IMG/VR virus record: IMGVR_UViG_3300008108_000092
Coordinates: 1 to 56,663 of that record
DNA from: a virus
Taxonomy: Duplodnaviria; Caudoviricetes
DNA length: 56,663 nt
Reading direction: 5' to 3' (one strand)
The notes below the pieces were generated by a model. That model worked only from the letters and a program-made list of their open reading frames with translations, was not told where the DNA came from and made no database searches. Positions within the stretch are counted from its first letter, which is position 1. Each line of letters begins with the position of its first letter. The translations under genes and the position numbers were made by a program. Below, one piece after another: positions 29,726 to 41,794 of the stretch.

Positions 29726-31563
29726 TGCAAAACGAAAATTATCCTTCATTTCCGATTTCTCCGAATACTTATGCAGCATTTGATGCCATATCGCTGAGAA
29801 ATTTGATTATAGAGCGTTTAAATGCTCAAGGTACTTTTACGGATCAAAATTATATAGGCTCTAATTTATCGTCTATTATCGACATTGTCTCTTATGCATT
29901 CAATACATTATTGTTTTATTTGAATAGAACGAGCTCAGAAGCTACATTTACAGAAGCGCAATTGTATGAAAATATAAATCGTATAGTAAAATTACTAGAC
30001 TATAAACCCATAGGGTATCAAACCTCCACCCTTTCGTTTCAAGCATCAGCAGATAATACAAAAAACGCATTTGATGCATCTAATCAGTATTATACTATAC
30101 CGAGATATTCTCATATTACTATTGGTGGGATCGCGTTTTCTTTTAATGAAGATATTACATTTGCTGTAAATGAATACAATTCGATAGTAGATTTGCCTCA
30201 ACTTTCCAATAGAAAACTATTGTTCCAAGGATCTTTTAGAGAAGCTCCACTGCATCTGGCTGCAGGAAATCCCAACGAGATTGTAACTATTAACGTGGTT
30301 AACGCTTTAATTGATCATTTTAATGTCCATGTTTATGTATATGAAGAAGATCAATCTAAATGGGTTCAATACAAAGAATCACGCTCAATGTATATGGAGC
30401 AGCCAAGTTCAAGAGCATTTGAAAAAAGATTAAATTCAAATTTACAATACGAATTAACATTCGGAAATGATGTAAATGGGAGACAACTAAAGAAAAACGA
30501 TAAGGTTGCGGTTTATTTTCTTCAGAGTGCTGGTGAAAAAGGAGTAGTAGGACCGGGTAGCTTAAATGAAAAAGTAGGAAAAACTTATACTGTTCTTAAT
30601 ACTAATTTATTAGCTCAAATAATGAAAGACGTTAAACAGGATCAAACGTCCGTATATTTAACTACTAGAGATTTTAGTAATATTTTATTTTCTAATGTAG
30701 CGGGATCAACTCCACCAAAAGATATTGAGTCTGCAGATGAAATTAGAATGCACGCTCCAGCAGCTTTTAGAAGCCAATATAGATTAGTAACTCAGAAAGA
30801 TTTCGAAGTTTTCATTAAAACGAATTTTTCAAATTTTATATCAGACGTCAAAGTATTTACTAATTGGGAATATACTTCAGAATATTTGAGATATTTCCAA
30901 GAGCTAAATTTAGATCCAGTAACATTTCAACAAATTGCTTTAAATCAAGTTGCCTATTCGGATGCTTGTAACTTTAATAATATTTATATTTGTGCAATGC
31001 CAGCAATTGGGATAGAATCGAGCCTAAAATATTTATTACCAGCACAAAAAGAAGCAATATTAGAAGAAGCTAGACCTTTAAAACCGCTGACGACCGAACT
31101 TACATATTTAGATCCTATTTACATATCGATTAGATTGGGAATGGAAACTGCTGAAGGAGTAACGACTCTTGAAAATCGCTACCTAACTAAACTTAAAATC
31201 ACAAAAACGAAAAAAATAGGAAGAAGCGAACAAAGTATCGTCAATGAAGTGGCTTCCGTGTTTCAACAGTTTTTTCTACCACAACAAAGAGGTATTGGAG
31301 AATTATTTGATTATAGTAATTTAGTAGCTAAAATCTTATCAGTAGAAGGGGTTGAAGAAATATCAACCGTTGATACTGGAAGCAATTATAGTGTTTCTGG
31401 GTTGAGACTTTTAATGTGGAATCCGACATATCCAGATTTAGATAGAAAGGTAGTTAACCATAATATAAGCCTAAAGCCGTTTCAGTTTTTATTTTATGAA
31501 GATTTAAATAGAATTGCTGAATTTATTTTTATTGACGGAACGGCTTATTACGACTCAAATTAA
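29725..31563 (+). CDS. Baseplate wedge subunit gp6-like
   Basis: FTDQNYIGSNLSSIIDIVSY, LTFGNDVNG, ESADEIRMHAP..FRSQYRLVTQKDF. Confidence 0.9.
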   Translation: MQNENYPSFPISPNTYAAFDAISLRNLIIERLNAQGTFTDQNYIGSNLSSIIDIVSYAFNTLLFYLNRTSSEATFTEAQLYENINRIVKLLDYKPIGYQTSTLSFQASADNTKNAFDASNQYYTIPRYSHITIGGIAFSFNEDITFAVNEYNSIVDLPQLSNRKLLFQGSFREAPLHLAAGNPNEIVTINVVNALIDHFNVHVYVYEEDQSKWVQYKESRSMYMEQPSSRAFEKRLNSNLQYELTFGNDVNGRQLKKNDKVAVYFLQSAGEKGVVGPGSLNEKVGKTYTVLNTNLLAQIMKDVKQDQTSVYLTTRDFSNILFSNVAGSTPPKDIESADEIRMHAPAAFRSQYRLVTQKDFEVFIKTNFSNFISDVKVFTNWEYTSEYLRYFQELNLDPVTFQQIALNQVAYSDACNFNNIYICAMPAIGIESSLKYLLPAQKEAILEEARPLKPLTTELTYLDPIYISIRLGMETAEGVTTLENRYLTKLKITKTKKIGRSEQSIVNEVASVFQQFFLPQQRGIGELFDYSNLVAKILSVEGVEEISTVDTGSNYSVSGLRLLMWNPTYPDLDRKVVNHNISLKPFQFLFYEDLNRIAEFIFIDGTAYYDSN

Positions 31564-31565
31564 AC

Positions 31566-34500
31566 ATGGACGACTTAACGTTTTCTTTAACTCCTTCGAT
31601 AAAAAAAGCAGGACTCTACAAAGGAGATGTTTATGCTACAAATTTTATTTGTACTCAACAAAATTTTTTAGATTATACACAAACAGCTTGGAATTTTGGA
31701 GATGGGTTTGTTGTATACAATAGTATATCTGCTCAGCATTCTTATAATTATCCAGGAATATATAATATTACTTTATCAGCTTGGTCTAACGATGGAGCAA
31801 TTAGTATTGCAACGAAGTCAGTTGATGTCGATTATATTATAAGAGACGCTATAATAGCAAAACAAATACCAAAAGAGAAAAGTGTAATAGGAAATAAGAC
31901 AAAAGAAACATTTACTATACAAATAACTTCAGCTAAAATTGATAGTGAATTAACCGTTTGTTTACATTCATTAAATTCAAATTCTGTTCCACATGACTCA
32001 TCTTTAGACAAGTGGAATTTTTTGGCTCAAAGATGGAGATTTGTTGATGCTTCTACAAATACCATTATACAAAATAATACAGTAAATTTAACGACTGTTC
32101 CTATTTATAGTAATACTTCAGTGATCGCTGTTTCTAGCGAGTTTTCATTTTATTATATAGATGATGCTCCCACTGAGTTTGACAATGAAGCTGGATGTCC
32201 TGTAATTTTGCTAGCAACGTTAAGTGCGCAAACTTTTTTATATCCAATCGAAACGTTAAGATATCCATATTATAGCTATAGTAATACAGAAACGGTTCAA
32301 GTAGTAATTCCAAGATTCGTAATGAATTTGGTTCCTACGAAATTAAAGATTACAGAAAATTTTATAAACGATATATATCCAATAAAATGGACAAACGTTC
32401 CTATTCCAGTAATGGTAACTTGCTCGTTTAATGCAACTGATTTAAAATCTTTTATTTCAACCACTGACTCGTTAACCTCGAGTGATGTATTCAGTTATCC
32501 AAAAACCAATCAGCATGGATCTTTATATCCAATAACAATAGGTCTGTCAGGTGTAAATAGTAGTTTTTATAAAGCAGATGAACCGTCACTATATTTTCAA
32601 GCAACTGATTCGAATGAAGGATATATTAGAGGCTATATTTTTACCACAATAACTCCGCTAAGTCCTATTTCAGCAACTTGCATTGTTGCCTCAACTACTG
32701 CTGTAAATCTTTTGCCTGATCAAACGAACCCAAAACGCTTTAGATTCCCAGTTGGTTATAATATTCCTTCAGAAGTATTTATTTCTCATCCTTTTGAGCA
32801 AAATATTAATAAAATTTCAATAGTGCCTTTTGATTCGGAATGCGAATCTTTTAAATATTTCATTGAAAACCAATCAATTCGACTTGGATTTATAGACACA
32901 ATAAAAGTTCCCGAAACAACTTCAAATACAACAAATAACTTGCAAATATCAGGTACTACGGGAATATTTGGGCTATCATACAACCCAAATATAGAAGTTT
33001 TATATGCAGCGGATTCTGATCAAAATACTATTATATCAATAGATAAAAACGGAATTATATTAAACACTGCTTATATTTCAGCTGCTACTGGCAATTCTTA
33101 TAATACTCCTTCATCACTTACTTTAGGAGAAGATGGTGATGTGTGGGTTTCATTATATGACAACCATACTGTTTTAAAATACGATTGGAGCTTGTCGTCA
33201 ATCAAATGCATTTGTACTCCTCCGACCACTGTAGTTTCTCATGAACTTACTGCTGTAGATCAATTTGATAGTCCTTTAATAGCTCCTTCAATTATTGAAA
33301 CAGATAAAAACGAGGACGTATGGGTATGTTATTCAAACCCTTTGTCTAGTTTACTTTTAAAATACGATAAACAAGGGAGCTTTTTGTTTAAATCTATTAA
33401 TTTAGCACACAATAGCCAGCCTGTAGATTTAGCTATAGACAACGAAAATAAACTGTGGGTTGCTTGCAAGAATACTAATGAGATTCAACAATATAGCTCT
33501 AATGGCAGCTTATTACAATCTTTTAGTTTCTTAAGGCCAAGCTTTATTACTATCGATAATGATAATCACGTATGGTTGGCTCATGGTTATAATTTATTAA
33601 GCTATTTAAATACCGATAATTTAGAAGTTAAAACATGGAGAGTGTCATTTCAACCATTTCCTTTAGTAGAATTACTCTTCAATAAAACGTATGTTAAAGA
33701 TGAATATCCGTTAAAAGATTTAACTAATATTTCTTTTAATGATGAAATATGGTCTGGTTTAGCTTGTGATGTTTTTAATAGGTTATGGGCTATTAATTCT
33801 ATTAATAATAACGTAGTGATGTTTGATAAAAAACATATTTCTAACTTTAAAATTTTTAATGCATCTCCTACATCTTCCACTAACTACATAGTAGAAACAG
33901 GCAAAACACACGTTACAACAATCAAACCTACGTTTGATTTACCCTTAGTACCTACTAATTCGTTTCAAGCTGTTGGAGATTGGACTGGTAATAAATGGTT
34001 GCAAAAATTTGCAAATAAATATGAAAAAATTCCGATTACTGGTCATTCATCTACGTTTGAAGTGTTGCCTTTATATGAAAACGATGAGCAGATGACTATG
34101 GATCTATATGTTCGTAATTCTAAGCGAACTACTGTAACTTTTACAGGTGATAGAATAGGTTCGTTTTTTGGTTATAGAATGTATGATGCATATGAAGGAG
34201 ATGTAGAAGCATTTAGCGAATTTAAACGAGGCAGAGTTGATTTAAAACTACTTCCATATTCATCTCAATTAGATCAATTTACTTTTAAAATAACAACAAA
34301 AGCACCAAATTTAGCTCAAGCAATTTCTATAGCAACTCTTCACAATGATGATATATTTCTGTTTTCAGAAAGACGGAAGTTGCAGTTTAAAGCAACAAAA
34401 CTTAACGGAGATTTTAGTTTTGTGGATTATTTTAAACAATTAGCTTTACCTCAAACGCTGATCGAAAGTCCAAAATTAGCTAATGAGTTTATTTCTTGTT

Positions 34501-35117
34501 TGTTCGGTAATGGTCAAGGAACTACAGAAGATGCTAGCAGAACTTCGTACGAAAAAATTGCTAACTTTGTAACTAACCACGCTGATATAGAAACAGCTGA
34601 AATTGATAAACTACTTTCCCTTGCTGAAGTACTTTCTATTGATGCTGAAAAATTTGGAACAAATTTTCCTACTGAAATTCAAAAGTATTTAAACATATTT
34701 TCAACATCAATACATAATTTAAGAGGAGTACCTGTATATCAAAATTTAGTTGCTGAAAACATGGGAGATTTGCTGACGGAAACTTCAATAATTAGTTCTG
34801 GGGAATATATAATAGCTAAAGATAAATCATACGAAGATTATAAGCTTATTTTTGTTAATACCTCTCAAGATGGAAGCTTAGTATATCCTTTATCGTCATT
34901 AGTTGCAAACGGGTTACGGCCTCCTATATTAACACAATATTACTTTTATAAGTATAATACAGAAAACATTATAGGATTTGCAAATTCTATTCTTGATTGG
35001 GATGTAAACTTAACTGCAATATCAAGAACACTTTCTAGTTATAATGATTGGTATAAAACAGACGGAGTCGTTGATTTGTATTTTAATAACGCATTGACTA
35101 GAGGTTTATTTGGATAG
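31566..35117 (+). CDS. Large baseplate protein (possibly gp7-like) with a PKD domain and NHL-like beta-propeller
   Basis: WNFGDG..HSYNYPGIYNITL (PKD). Repeated DxxxxVWV strands. Directly follows gp6. Confidence 0.7.
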   Translation: MDDLTFSLTPSIKKAGLYKGDVYATNFICTQQNFLDYTQTAWNFGDGFVVYNSISAQHSYNYPGIYNITLSAWSNDGAISIATKSVDVDYIIRDAIIAKQIPKEKSVIGNKTKETFTIQITSAKIDSELTVCLHSLNSNSVPHDSSLDKWNFLAQRWRFVDASTNTIIQNNTVNLTTVPIYSNTSVIAVSSEFSFYYIDDAPTEFDNEAGCPVILLATLSAQTFLYPIETLRYPYYSYSNTETVQVVIPRFVMNLVPTKLKITENFINDIYPIKWTNVPIPVMVTCSFNATDLKSFISTTDSLTSSDVFSYPKTNQHGSLYPITIGLSGVNSSFYKADEPSLYFQATDSNEGYIRGYIFTTITPLSPISATCIVASTTAVNLLPDQTNPKRFRFPVGYNIPSEVFISHPFEQNINKISIVPFDSECESFKYFIENQSIRLGFIDTIKVPETTSNTTNNLQISGTTGIFGLSYNPNIEVLYAADSDQNTIISIDKNGIILNTAYISAATGNSYNTPSSLTLGEDGDVWVSLYDNHTVLKYDWSLSSIKCICTPPTTVVSHELTAVDQFDSPLIAPSIIETDKNEDVWVCYSNPLSSLLLKYDKQGSFLFKSINLAHNSQPVDLAIDNENKLWVACKNTNEIQQYSSNGSLLQSFSFLRPSFITIDNDNHVWLAHGYNLLSYLNTDNLEVKTWRVSFQPFPLVELLFNKTYVKDEYPLKDLTNISFNDEIWSGLACDVFNRLWAINSINNNVVMFDKKHISNFKIFNASPTSSTNYIVETGKTHVTTIKPTFDLPLVPTNSFQAVGDWTGNKWLQKFANKYEKIPITGHSSTFEVLPLYENDEQMTMDLYVRNSKRTTVTFTGDRIGSFFGYRMYDAYEGDVEAFSEFKRGRVDLKLLPYSSQLDQFTFKITTKAPNLAQAISIATLHNDDIFLFSERRKLQFKATKLNGDFSFVDYFKQLALPQTLIESPKLANEFISCLFGNGQGTTEDASRTSYEKIANFVTNHADIETAEIDKLLSLAEVLSIDAEKFGTNFPTEIQKYLNIFSTSIHNLRGVPVYQNLVAENMGDLLTETSIISSGEYIIAKDKSYEDYKLIFVNTSQDGSLVYPLSSLVANGLRPPILTQYYFYKYNTENIIGFANSILDWDVNLTAISRTLSSYNDWYKTDGVVDLYFNNALTRGLFG

Positions 35118-35157
35118 TTTTTGTTAGAATACCTCGAGCAGAACTTTAAAACTATGA

Positions 35158-35163
35158 TAAATA
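35158..35163 (+). promoter_or_regulatory. Late promoter core TAAATA
   Basis: 9 nt before GTG 35173. Confidence 0.6.
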
Positions 35164-35172
35164 ACATTACTT

Positions 35173-38100
35173 GTGACTAATCCGTTTGATATAAACTTTA
35201 ACAATAAAGCAGTAAGAGCTCAATCAGCACTCTTGGGCGATAGTGATGAGCCTCTTTCATACAAAGAATGGAAGTTACAGAGCTTAGTAGCAACTGAACA
35301 AGAAGCTAGTAATTTATACAATTTATATTTGGCAAATTGGTTTCAAACTGCTAGAACAAATTCTGTTACTTTAGATCAAAAATTTTTACTCAAACAAAAA
35401 TATTTGTATCTATTATCTCAACTTAAATTGTTCTTTACTGATGAGGAAAAACAAAATTGGTATTCGAAGATTAACTTAGCAGATGAAAAAGAATTGCTTC
35501 TCTCTATTCCGTTTTTTGCTAAAAAACTTAAATCTATAGCAGTTTATTATGCAAATTTACGTAAAAAATTAAAAAACGCTAAAGTAAAATACAATCTAAC
35601 CGGTTCCTACAATGGATTGGAAAAAGAACTTCAACAATATTTATTAGAATTAATTGCACACGTAAATGAAGATATTGATCCTTTACTCAACAGATCGCTT
35701 CCGAGTTACGAGGAAGTTAAAGAAACACTCAAAATAGAAATAGAAGAGTTGTATGACGGAGTCACTTATTTCGATCGTTCTACTACATTGCCTGTATCAT
35801 CTTATTTTAATGTTTTTCATGATGCTACAGCAGAATTGTTTCAAACAAAAGGGTTAACTCTCTCTTCAGACGAATGGGTGTTTAATACGTTTACGGTACC
35901 AATTACATCAGATTTAACTAGTTTTGTTGAGCAGCTTACAGGATTAATTTTTGAACAAACTGATGTAAATTGGTATCGTTTATTTGTTCAAAAATACTTA
36001 ATGGGTAATAGAATTTCAACTAATTTTAGTGTTCCCTCTTCTCAACCTGTTTTTACTGATATTCTTATAAATCAAGGAGATAATTATTTTTATTATCCTT
36101 ACGGAACAATAAACGATTTAAATACTAACTCTGTAATAATTCCTGTTGCTCTAAGTTCGTTAAACATATTAGGTTCTACTGCAGGAGATGCTTTATCTTC
36201 TTCTGATGTAATTCACGTCAAATACGGAGATACAATTAAAACCGCATGGTTATATCAAAGAACGTTTGATATAACAGAAACCTCAATGTCGGCAAAGATA
36301 AATGGAACTGCAAATACTAAATTTCTATTTCCTTATCCTGGATTTGGTATGTCAGCTGAAGATATTCCTTGGACGGGAAAGAGTCTTTCATCAACTTCAG
36401 AGTTTAAATTTCTTTCAAGGGAATATAGAAACGCTATAAATACTGCTTATTGGTCGGAGCCTTTGACTGGAGATTCGGTAAAAGAAATTTATGTAAATAA
36501 TAGTAGCTTAGCAGAAAGTGGTGCTTTTCCTAATCGTTACTCTGAAAAAGCTGATACTATCTTTATTAGAGCAAATAATGGGTCTGAGCAAGCGTTGCCC
36601 TTTACTAACGTAAATTCATGCTGGCTTTATGAATTTAAACAAACTTCTTTACCAATTCACGTTTCATTAACAACTCCGATTTTGTGGCCTTATCAGCATG
36701 TTCCTACGGATATAGAAAAATTTCCTCAACATTTAAAACGTTTTAATTTTAATAAACGCTGCGAACCTGTTAAATTAAATGAAATAAATTGCTCAAATTT
36801 AATAGCTGGCTCAGCAATAGATGTTAGTGAACGAGTTTATAAAATTAATCGGTTTGTTGATACAAAAGAATTAGCATTAGAATGTGCTTGGCTTTCGGGT
36901 TCGTTGAATGATTCAAATACTCATAGATGGGTATCTCAAGAAGGATTTAATGCTATCTTTGAGCCTGGAAAAGCTACACGCTTTGTTTGGAATGGAGCAA
37001 ACAACACTCCATTAAGTAGCGTGTTCAAAACTTTATCACATTATGATGAGTGCCCTTTTTCAGTAAAAGAAAACGCAGAAAGTTTTGAGCCGAGCCAATG
37101 CAGTTGTAAACAAATTTATTATACACCAAAAGGACATCCAGGAGAAACTTTCTTGGATCATAATTCTCAAGCAGATTGTATTGTTAAAGAAATCGTTGGA
37201 GATAAAGAAGTTAATTCTTTGTTTTCAGATGGCATAGAACCTTTCACTTTCAGCTCATGGGTTGATGAAAATGGGCTTAAAATAACGGAAACGAACAAAT
37301 TTGCGTGGTATAAAACCAGAGAGATAATTGGTGGTTATGGTGATGGTTCTTGGTTTGGAAATAGTGGAAGGATACCATTTACTTTACAAACAGGCAGCTC
37401 GTATTTTTATGTGAGAGCAGCTTCTAGAACATTAGAAACACCGGAAACCGATCCTAGTTTGATAGCACATTACAAACACGAAATTCCTCAAAACACGAAA
37501 GTAAAATGGATTCAAGCAAAAATCGATGCTGAAGGAATTTGGAGTTCTTCTGATACAGTTTCTGACTTTACAATTAACGCTGGAGATTTTATCATTTGGG
37601 AACATCCGGAAACGATGTATCATTACTTACTGTCAACAGTACAAGTTGAAGTCGAATCTTCCAACAAGGGTAGTATATGGTCAACGTTAGATTATATTGC
37701 AATCGACAGTCCTTTAAATTCAACCGTATTAGCATGGCCTGTTGATGCATTAGCTGCTCCAGACGAGCTTTCAACTAGTCAAAATCCTGAAACATCTTTT
37801 GTAGACATTCTATCCGTAACTCATTGGAAATTTTATAACGAAACAACAAAACAGACATATACATTCACTGCGGAACCGATAATAGCTTTTACTCCTCCAG
37901 TAACCGGAATTTATCAAGTTAAGGTTAAAGCTATGGATGGTGAAGGCAGAGTACTTGAGTTACCTAACGGTAACACAACTATACCTTCTATAACTGTCGT
38001 TCCACAGTTTGAAGATGCTATCGAATATATTCCACTACCTCAACCGGTTCCTGGTACTTTACTCGAAATTCCTTTGAGTGGATGGAATTATCAAACCAAA

Positions 38101-39834
38101 ACATATGATAGTAAATCACTTGGCGCTCAACCTTATTGGGCAGAAAAATATGTTAGTAAATCTCCTTCAGTAAATTTTGGTGGACTATTTGATTGGGGAT
38201 ACCCTCAAGAATGGATCGAGAATTATCTACCAGATTCTACTCCTAAAATTTCTAATTTAACGTTTGCTTTTGGACAAGTTGTTGAATATAAATCACTAAG
38301 TTCTTCATTTGTTTGGAATCAGCCAATTGAATATCAAACATACGTAGGGTCTCCAAGATGGTGTAAAGTTAATAGATATAGTGAAAATCCGACTCCATTA
38401 TCTGCAATTTACTCCATTAAAGCTTTTCAAGATACATATTCAAAAGCAACATTTGAACCTACTGACATTCAACTGAGCAATTACATAGATGGAAATCCTC
38501 TGGAAGTATTTTATCACGCTCTTGGAGATCCGTTTGTGTGGTCTATAAAAACAGACGTATTATCTGGAGACAACATAATCAAAACAAATTATATCTCAGT
38601 GACATCGGATCAATCATACAATGTATTATCTAATAGAAATTATCCAACGATCGCTACTGTTCCTGTTGTTGAAGATCTCTATAGTAAAAAAGATGTAGGT
38701 GGATTTTTTATTCCTAATGGTTTAGGTGCTTCGAATTTTATTAATAAAAATTTTACAATAAAATTATCAGGAGATGTTACAGATGGCCTAGAAATTTTCA
38801 CTAGTGAGTTAAACCCAGCAGGAGGAAGAGGGTTGTCTAAGCAGCAGCAAAAGGTTCCTTTCATTTGGGAAGATGACAATCAATGGATAAAAGCTCCTCT
38901 TAATTCTGGAGCTTTTGCTGGTTCTGTGAGAAAAACGTTAACAAAAAATTTACAAACATTTATTCCATATACTGAATGGACTGGTCAGTTTACTTACGGT
39001 CTAGTAACTCCTGAAAGCCGTACTTCTCCTTGGGGAGGAATAACAGAAACGACTTGGACTGATTTGCAAAATTATCCAAAGACCTTTGCTGGAGTACCTA
39101 ACATGCCAGCTTGGAATAAAACGCAAATTTTAAAGTATACTCAAAAAGAAGTTGATTGTTGGACTTCTGATATATTTGGTAATCAATATGGTTTATACAA
39201 ACCGTTATCAGCAGCACCAGTCAAAGATCGGATTAATGAAGTTGGAGAACTCTGGGTAAAAACAAAAGAAAACAATGTTTGGCCAGCAACCCAGGCTTTA
39301 TCAGCCATATTTGAACCTTTTGAAACTATAAATTTAACTTTATATTCTCAATTAACCGGAGGGCAAATTAATTTAGTTGACTGTTTTGGGGATGTTTTAT
39401 TTTTGCAAACTTCAACTGCAGTAATTTTCGCAAAACTTCTATACGATCAAAGCACTTCTTTAATTAATACCACATTGGACGATATGAGGTTTTTAATTTC
39501 TATGGGAAATAATTCTCAGAGGTTCGGACAAACCTGGTATTCACCTAAGCAAAAGGCTGTTTATTTAGCAACAGCTTCTATAAAAAATTCATTACTTTTT
39601 CCTGAATTGTATGAAGTCAGTACCTCTTCTTTTAATTTAATAAAATGCTTTCCAACGCTCGAACAAGAACAAACCTTAAATGAGCAATTACAAACAATTT
39701 CAGCTAAAACAATCGAATCTTTATTGTTAACATATAACGAACAACTGCGTAAGTATGCAATAACAATTAACGGCACTAATAATATCAACAAACCATTCAT
39801 CGTTAATTTAGTATTACAACATGAAAATATGTAA
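35173..39834 (+). CDS. Large virion structural protein
   Basis: 1553-aa W/P/T-rich ORF in the baseplate block. GTG start follows TAAATA at 35158. Confidence 0.75.
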   Translation: MTNPFDINFNNKAVRAQSALLGDSDEPLSYKEWKLQSLVATEQEASNLYNLYLANWFQTARTNSVTLDQKFLLKQKYLYLLSQLKLFFTDEEKQNWYSKINLADEKELLLSIPFFAKKLKSIAVYYANLRKKLKNAKVKYNLTGSYNGLEKELQQYLLELIAHVNEDIDPLLNRSLPSYEEVKETLKIEIEELYDGVTYFDRSTTLPVSSYFNVFHDATAELFQTKGLTLSSDEWVFNTFTVPITSDLTSFVEQLTGLIFEQTDVNWYRLFVQKYLMGNRISTNFSVPSSQPVFTDILINQGDNYFYYPYGTINDLNTNSVIIPVALSSLNILGSTAGDALSSSDVIHVKYGDTIKTAWLYQRTFDITETSMSAKINGTANTKFLFPYPGFGMSAEDIPWTGKSLSSTSEFKFLSREYRNAINTAYWSEPLTGDSVKEIYVNNSSLAESGAFPNRYSEKADTIFIRANNGSEQALPFTNVNSCWLYEFKQTSLPIHVSLTTPILWPYQHVPTDIEKFPQHLKRFNFNKRCEPVKLNEINCSNLIAGSAIDVSERVYKINRFVDTKELALECAWLSGSLNDSNTHRWVSQEGFNAIFEPGKATRFVWNGANNTPLSSVFKTLSHYDECPFSVKENAESFEPSQCSCKQIYYTPKGHPGETFLDHNSQADCIVKEIVGDKEVNSLFSDGIEPFTFSSWVDENGLKITETNKFAWYKTREIIGGYGDGSWFGNSGRIPFTLQTGSSYFYVRAASRTLETPETDPSLIAHYKHEIPQNTKVKWIQAKIDAEGIWSSSDTVSDFTINAGDFIIWEHPETMYHYLLSTVQVEVESSNKGSIWSTLDYIAIDSPLNSTVLAWPVDALAAPDELSTSQNPETSFVDILSVTHWKFYNETTKQTYTFTAEPIIAFTPPVTGIYQVKVKAMDGEGRVLELPNGNTTIPSITVVPQFEDAIEYIPLPQPVPGTLLEIPLSGWNYQTKTYDSKSLGAQPYWAEKYVSKSPSVNFGGLFDWGYPQEWIENYLPDSTPKISNLTFAFGQVVEYKSLSSSFVWNQPIEYQTYVGSPRWCKVNRYSENPTPLSAIYSIKAFQDTYSKATFEPTDIQLSNYIDGNPLEVFYHALGDPFVWSIKTDVLSGDNIIKTNYISVTSDQSYNVLSNRNYPTIATVPVVEDLYSKKDVGGFFIPNGLGASNFINKNFTIKLSGDVTDGLEIFTSELNPAGGRGLSKQQQKVPFIWEDDNQWIKAPLNSGAFAGSVRKTLTKNLQTFIPYTEWTGQFTYGLVTPESRTSPWGGITETTWTDLQNYPKTFAGVPNMPAWNKTQILKYTQKEVDCWTSDIFGNQYGLYKPLSAAPVKDRINEVGELWVKTKENNVWPATQALSAIFEPFETINLTLYSQLTGGQINLVDCFGDVLFLQTSTAVIFAKLLYDQSTSLINTTLDDMRFLISMGNNSQRFGQTWYSPKQKAVYLATASIKNSLLFPELYEVSTSSFNLIKCFPTLEQEQTLNEQLQTISAKTIESLLLTYNEQLRKYAITINGTNNINKPFIVNLVLQHENM

Positions 39835-40819
39835 AATTGAAATATTTCAAGATCAATTGTTGTCCGAACCTCCTATAGTGGTGTCTCCATTTGAAGTAGT
39901 TCATATTACTACTTGTAAGCCTTTCGATGTTTTTATTGAGACTATTCCTTTTCCTGTTAATTTTAAATTACTAAATTTTAAAAACGAAACAACGAATAAA
40001 GGTAGTATATGGTCTACCTATGATTATATTGCACTTGATTCAGATAAACCATCTACGTTAATTTCGTGGCCTCAAACATTTACTTTTAATAGTGAGCAAA
40101 TTCCATCGATGACCTCTGCTCAATTGTTATCAGTGGTATCGTGGTTAGTTGTTCACGAGGAAACTCAAGCAAAGCAATCTTTTTCTGGTCAGGAAACTTT
40201 GATTTTTACCCCTAGTTTATCTGGAACATATAGCATTTCAGTAAGTGCACTAACAGAAGAAAGAGAATTAATATACTTTAATAAAATTCCAAGGCTTACT
40301 GCTGTACCTTTAAGTGATATTAGTATTTCTTCAAGTCAAGGAAAATTTAGTGGAACTTTTTGCGAAGAAGGACTTTACCAAATTGGTTATCAGGTATATA
40401 ATGAATTTGGTAAAAATACATATTGTCTTAGTTTATCAGCATCTAATCCTCCACCTCCGTCACCTACTCCAACTGTTACGCCTACTTCGACGGTTACGCC
40501 TACTCCTACTATTACACCTACTCCAACTGTTACACCGACGATCACTATTACTCCAACAATAACTAAAACTCCTAATTCAACTCCTGATCCAACTAACACT
40601 CCAACACAAACGATTACTCCTACTATTACACCTACGATTACAATCACACCAACAATTACTCCAGAACCAACTAAATGGGTAATGCCGGAAGTATCTCCTC
40701 GATGTGAACCGCTTCCAACTCATTGTCCTCGTCCGACTCAAACTCCTTATCCGACACCTACTCCAACTCCTAGTAAAAAATGTGGTTGTAAAATTAAACC
40801 ATGTCAACATTCTTGTTAA
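39821..40819 (+). CDS. Structural protein: split Ig-like domain, Pro/Thr linker, Cys-rich tail
   Basis: Ig halves align to the Ig domain of 8544-9260. (TP)n tract. Ends [14 protein letters not shown]. Confidence 0.75.
   Translation: MKICKIEIFQDQLLSEPPIVVSPFEVVHITTCKPFDVFIETIPFPVNFKLLNFKNETTNKGSIWSTYDYIALDSDKPSTLISWPQTFTFNSEQIPSMTSAQLLSVVSWLVVHEETQAKQSFSGQETLIFTPSLSGTYSISVSALTEERELIYFNKIPRLTAVPLSDISISSSQGKFSGTFCEEGLYQIGYQVYNEFGKNTYCLSLSASNPPPPSPTPTVTPTSTVTPTPTITPTPTVTPTITITPTITKTPNSTPDPTNTPTQTITPTITPTITITPTITPEPTKWVMPEVSPRCEPLPTHCPRPTQTPYPTPTPTPSKKCGCKIKPCQHSC
40448..40670 (+). repeat. Pro/Thr low-complexity coding repeat
   Basis: [13 protein letters not shown]...ITPEPT. Confidence 0.9.
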
Positions 40820-40829
40820 ATAGAAAAAT

Positions 40830-41444
40830 ATGATTAAAGGTACCAAAATAACAGACCTCGAGAATATAGCTACTTCTCTTTTAACGGATGAACTACTAGC
40901 AGCAAGTGATGGAAACACCGCTCTTGTTCCGTTAAGTGCTATCGATCAAGGGATTCAAACTGTTATTAATTTACATACAAATCTTAGTCTTCTTACAGGC
41001 AATGTTATTAATACTCAAAATTCTCCAACTATTAATTTAAGCTTTAATAGTACAGCAAGAGAGTTGTCTGCTGACTTTACTATTAGTGTTAATGAATCTT
41101 TATTATTTCCTCAACCACCATTGCTTTTCGTAGATAGTATGACTGCGACAAATAACATGCATAACAAGACGGTTATTTTAAGCTCAGAAAATGCTTTGAC
41201 CGTTACATTATTACCCAATTTATCCTCTGGTCTAACAATTAATTTTATTAGAGGAGATACTGGTGATGTTACTTTTATTGGTGACTCTAATACTGATTTA
41301 ATGAAATTTCCTAGTAGCGATCACGACTCAATCGCATACGAAAACGGAAGAGTTACAGCAATTAAAGGCTCTGGAACAACATGGAATCTGAAAGGTAAGT
41401 TGTCTTCTAAAGACAGTGGTAGATTTATTTTAGAAACGAATTGA
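40830..41444 (+). CDS. Structural protein with a gp9/gp10-like C-terminal beta domain
   Basis: KITDL N-terminus. NKTVILSSENALTVTLLP...GDVTF...WNLKGKLS resembles a domain in 26190-28337. Confidence 0.65.
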   Translation: MIKGTKITDLENIATSLLTDELLAASDGNTALVPLSAIDQGIQTVINLHTNLSLLTGNVINTQNSPTINLSFNSTARELSADFTISVNESLLFPQPPLLFVDSMTATNNMHNKTVILSSENALTVTLLPNLSSGLTINFIRGDTGDVTFIGDSNTDLMKFPSSDHDSIAYENGRVTAIKGSGTTWNLKGKLSSKDSGRFILETN

Positions 41445-41449
41445 AAGAA

Positions 41450-41755
41450 TTAGGGTTTTTCTTGTTCTTTTATTAAATCGGTTAGTGCTCCTATGTAAGG
41501 TATTAAATCTACTGCTGTGTCGTGCTTGTACCCTCCAGCAAATCTTGAGTATTTCTGATCAATAAAAGACGCTAATGCTACAGCTTTGACTTCGTTTTGA
41601 GATAACTCTTTGTCTGTATATTTTTTAATAATGGCTTTAGTTAAATGCCAGCAACCGTCAGCTCCCCACGTATCAGCATATTGAGAGCCTCTTTCGTGCA
41701 TTGTTTTGGCTGCTTCTTTTAACGTGTTAGACGCTCGTTCAATAAATTCGTTCAT
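41450..41755 (-). CDS. DUF6378/Nmad-like small helical protein
   Basis: ERGSQYADTW...KYSRF...DTAVDLIPY pattern. Confidence 0.55.
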   Translation of the reverse strand: MNEFIERASNTLKEAAKTMHERGSQYADTWGADGCWHLTKAIIKKYTDKELSQNEVKAVALASFIDQKYSRFAGGYKHDTAVDLIPYIGALTDLIKEQEKP

Positions 41756-41794
41756 TAGAACGTTAATGTTAAATTGAAAAAGAAAAATATCAAC

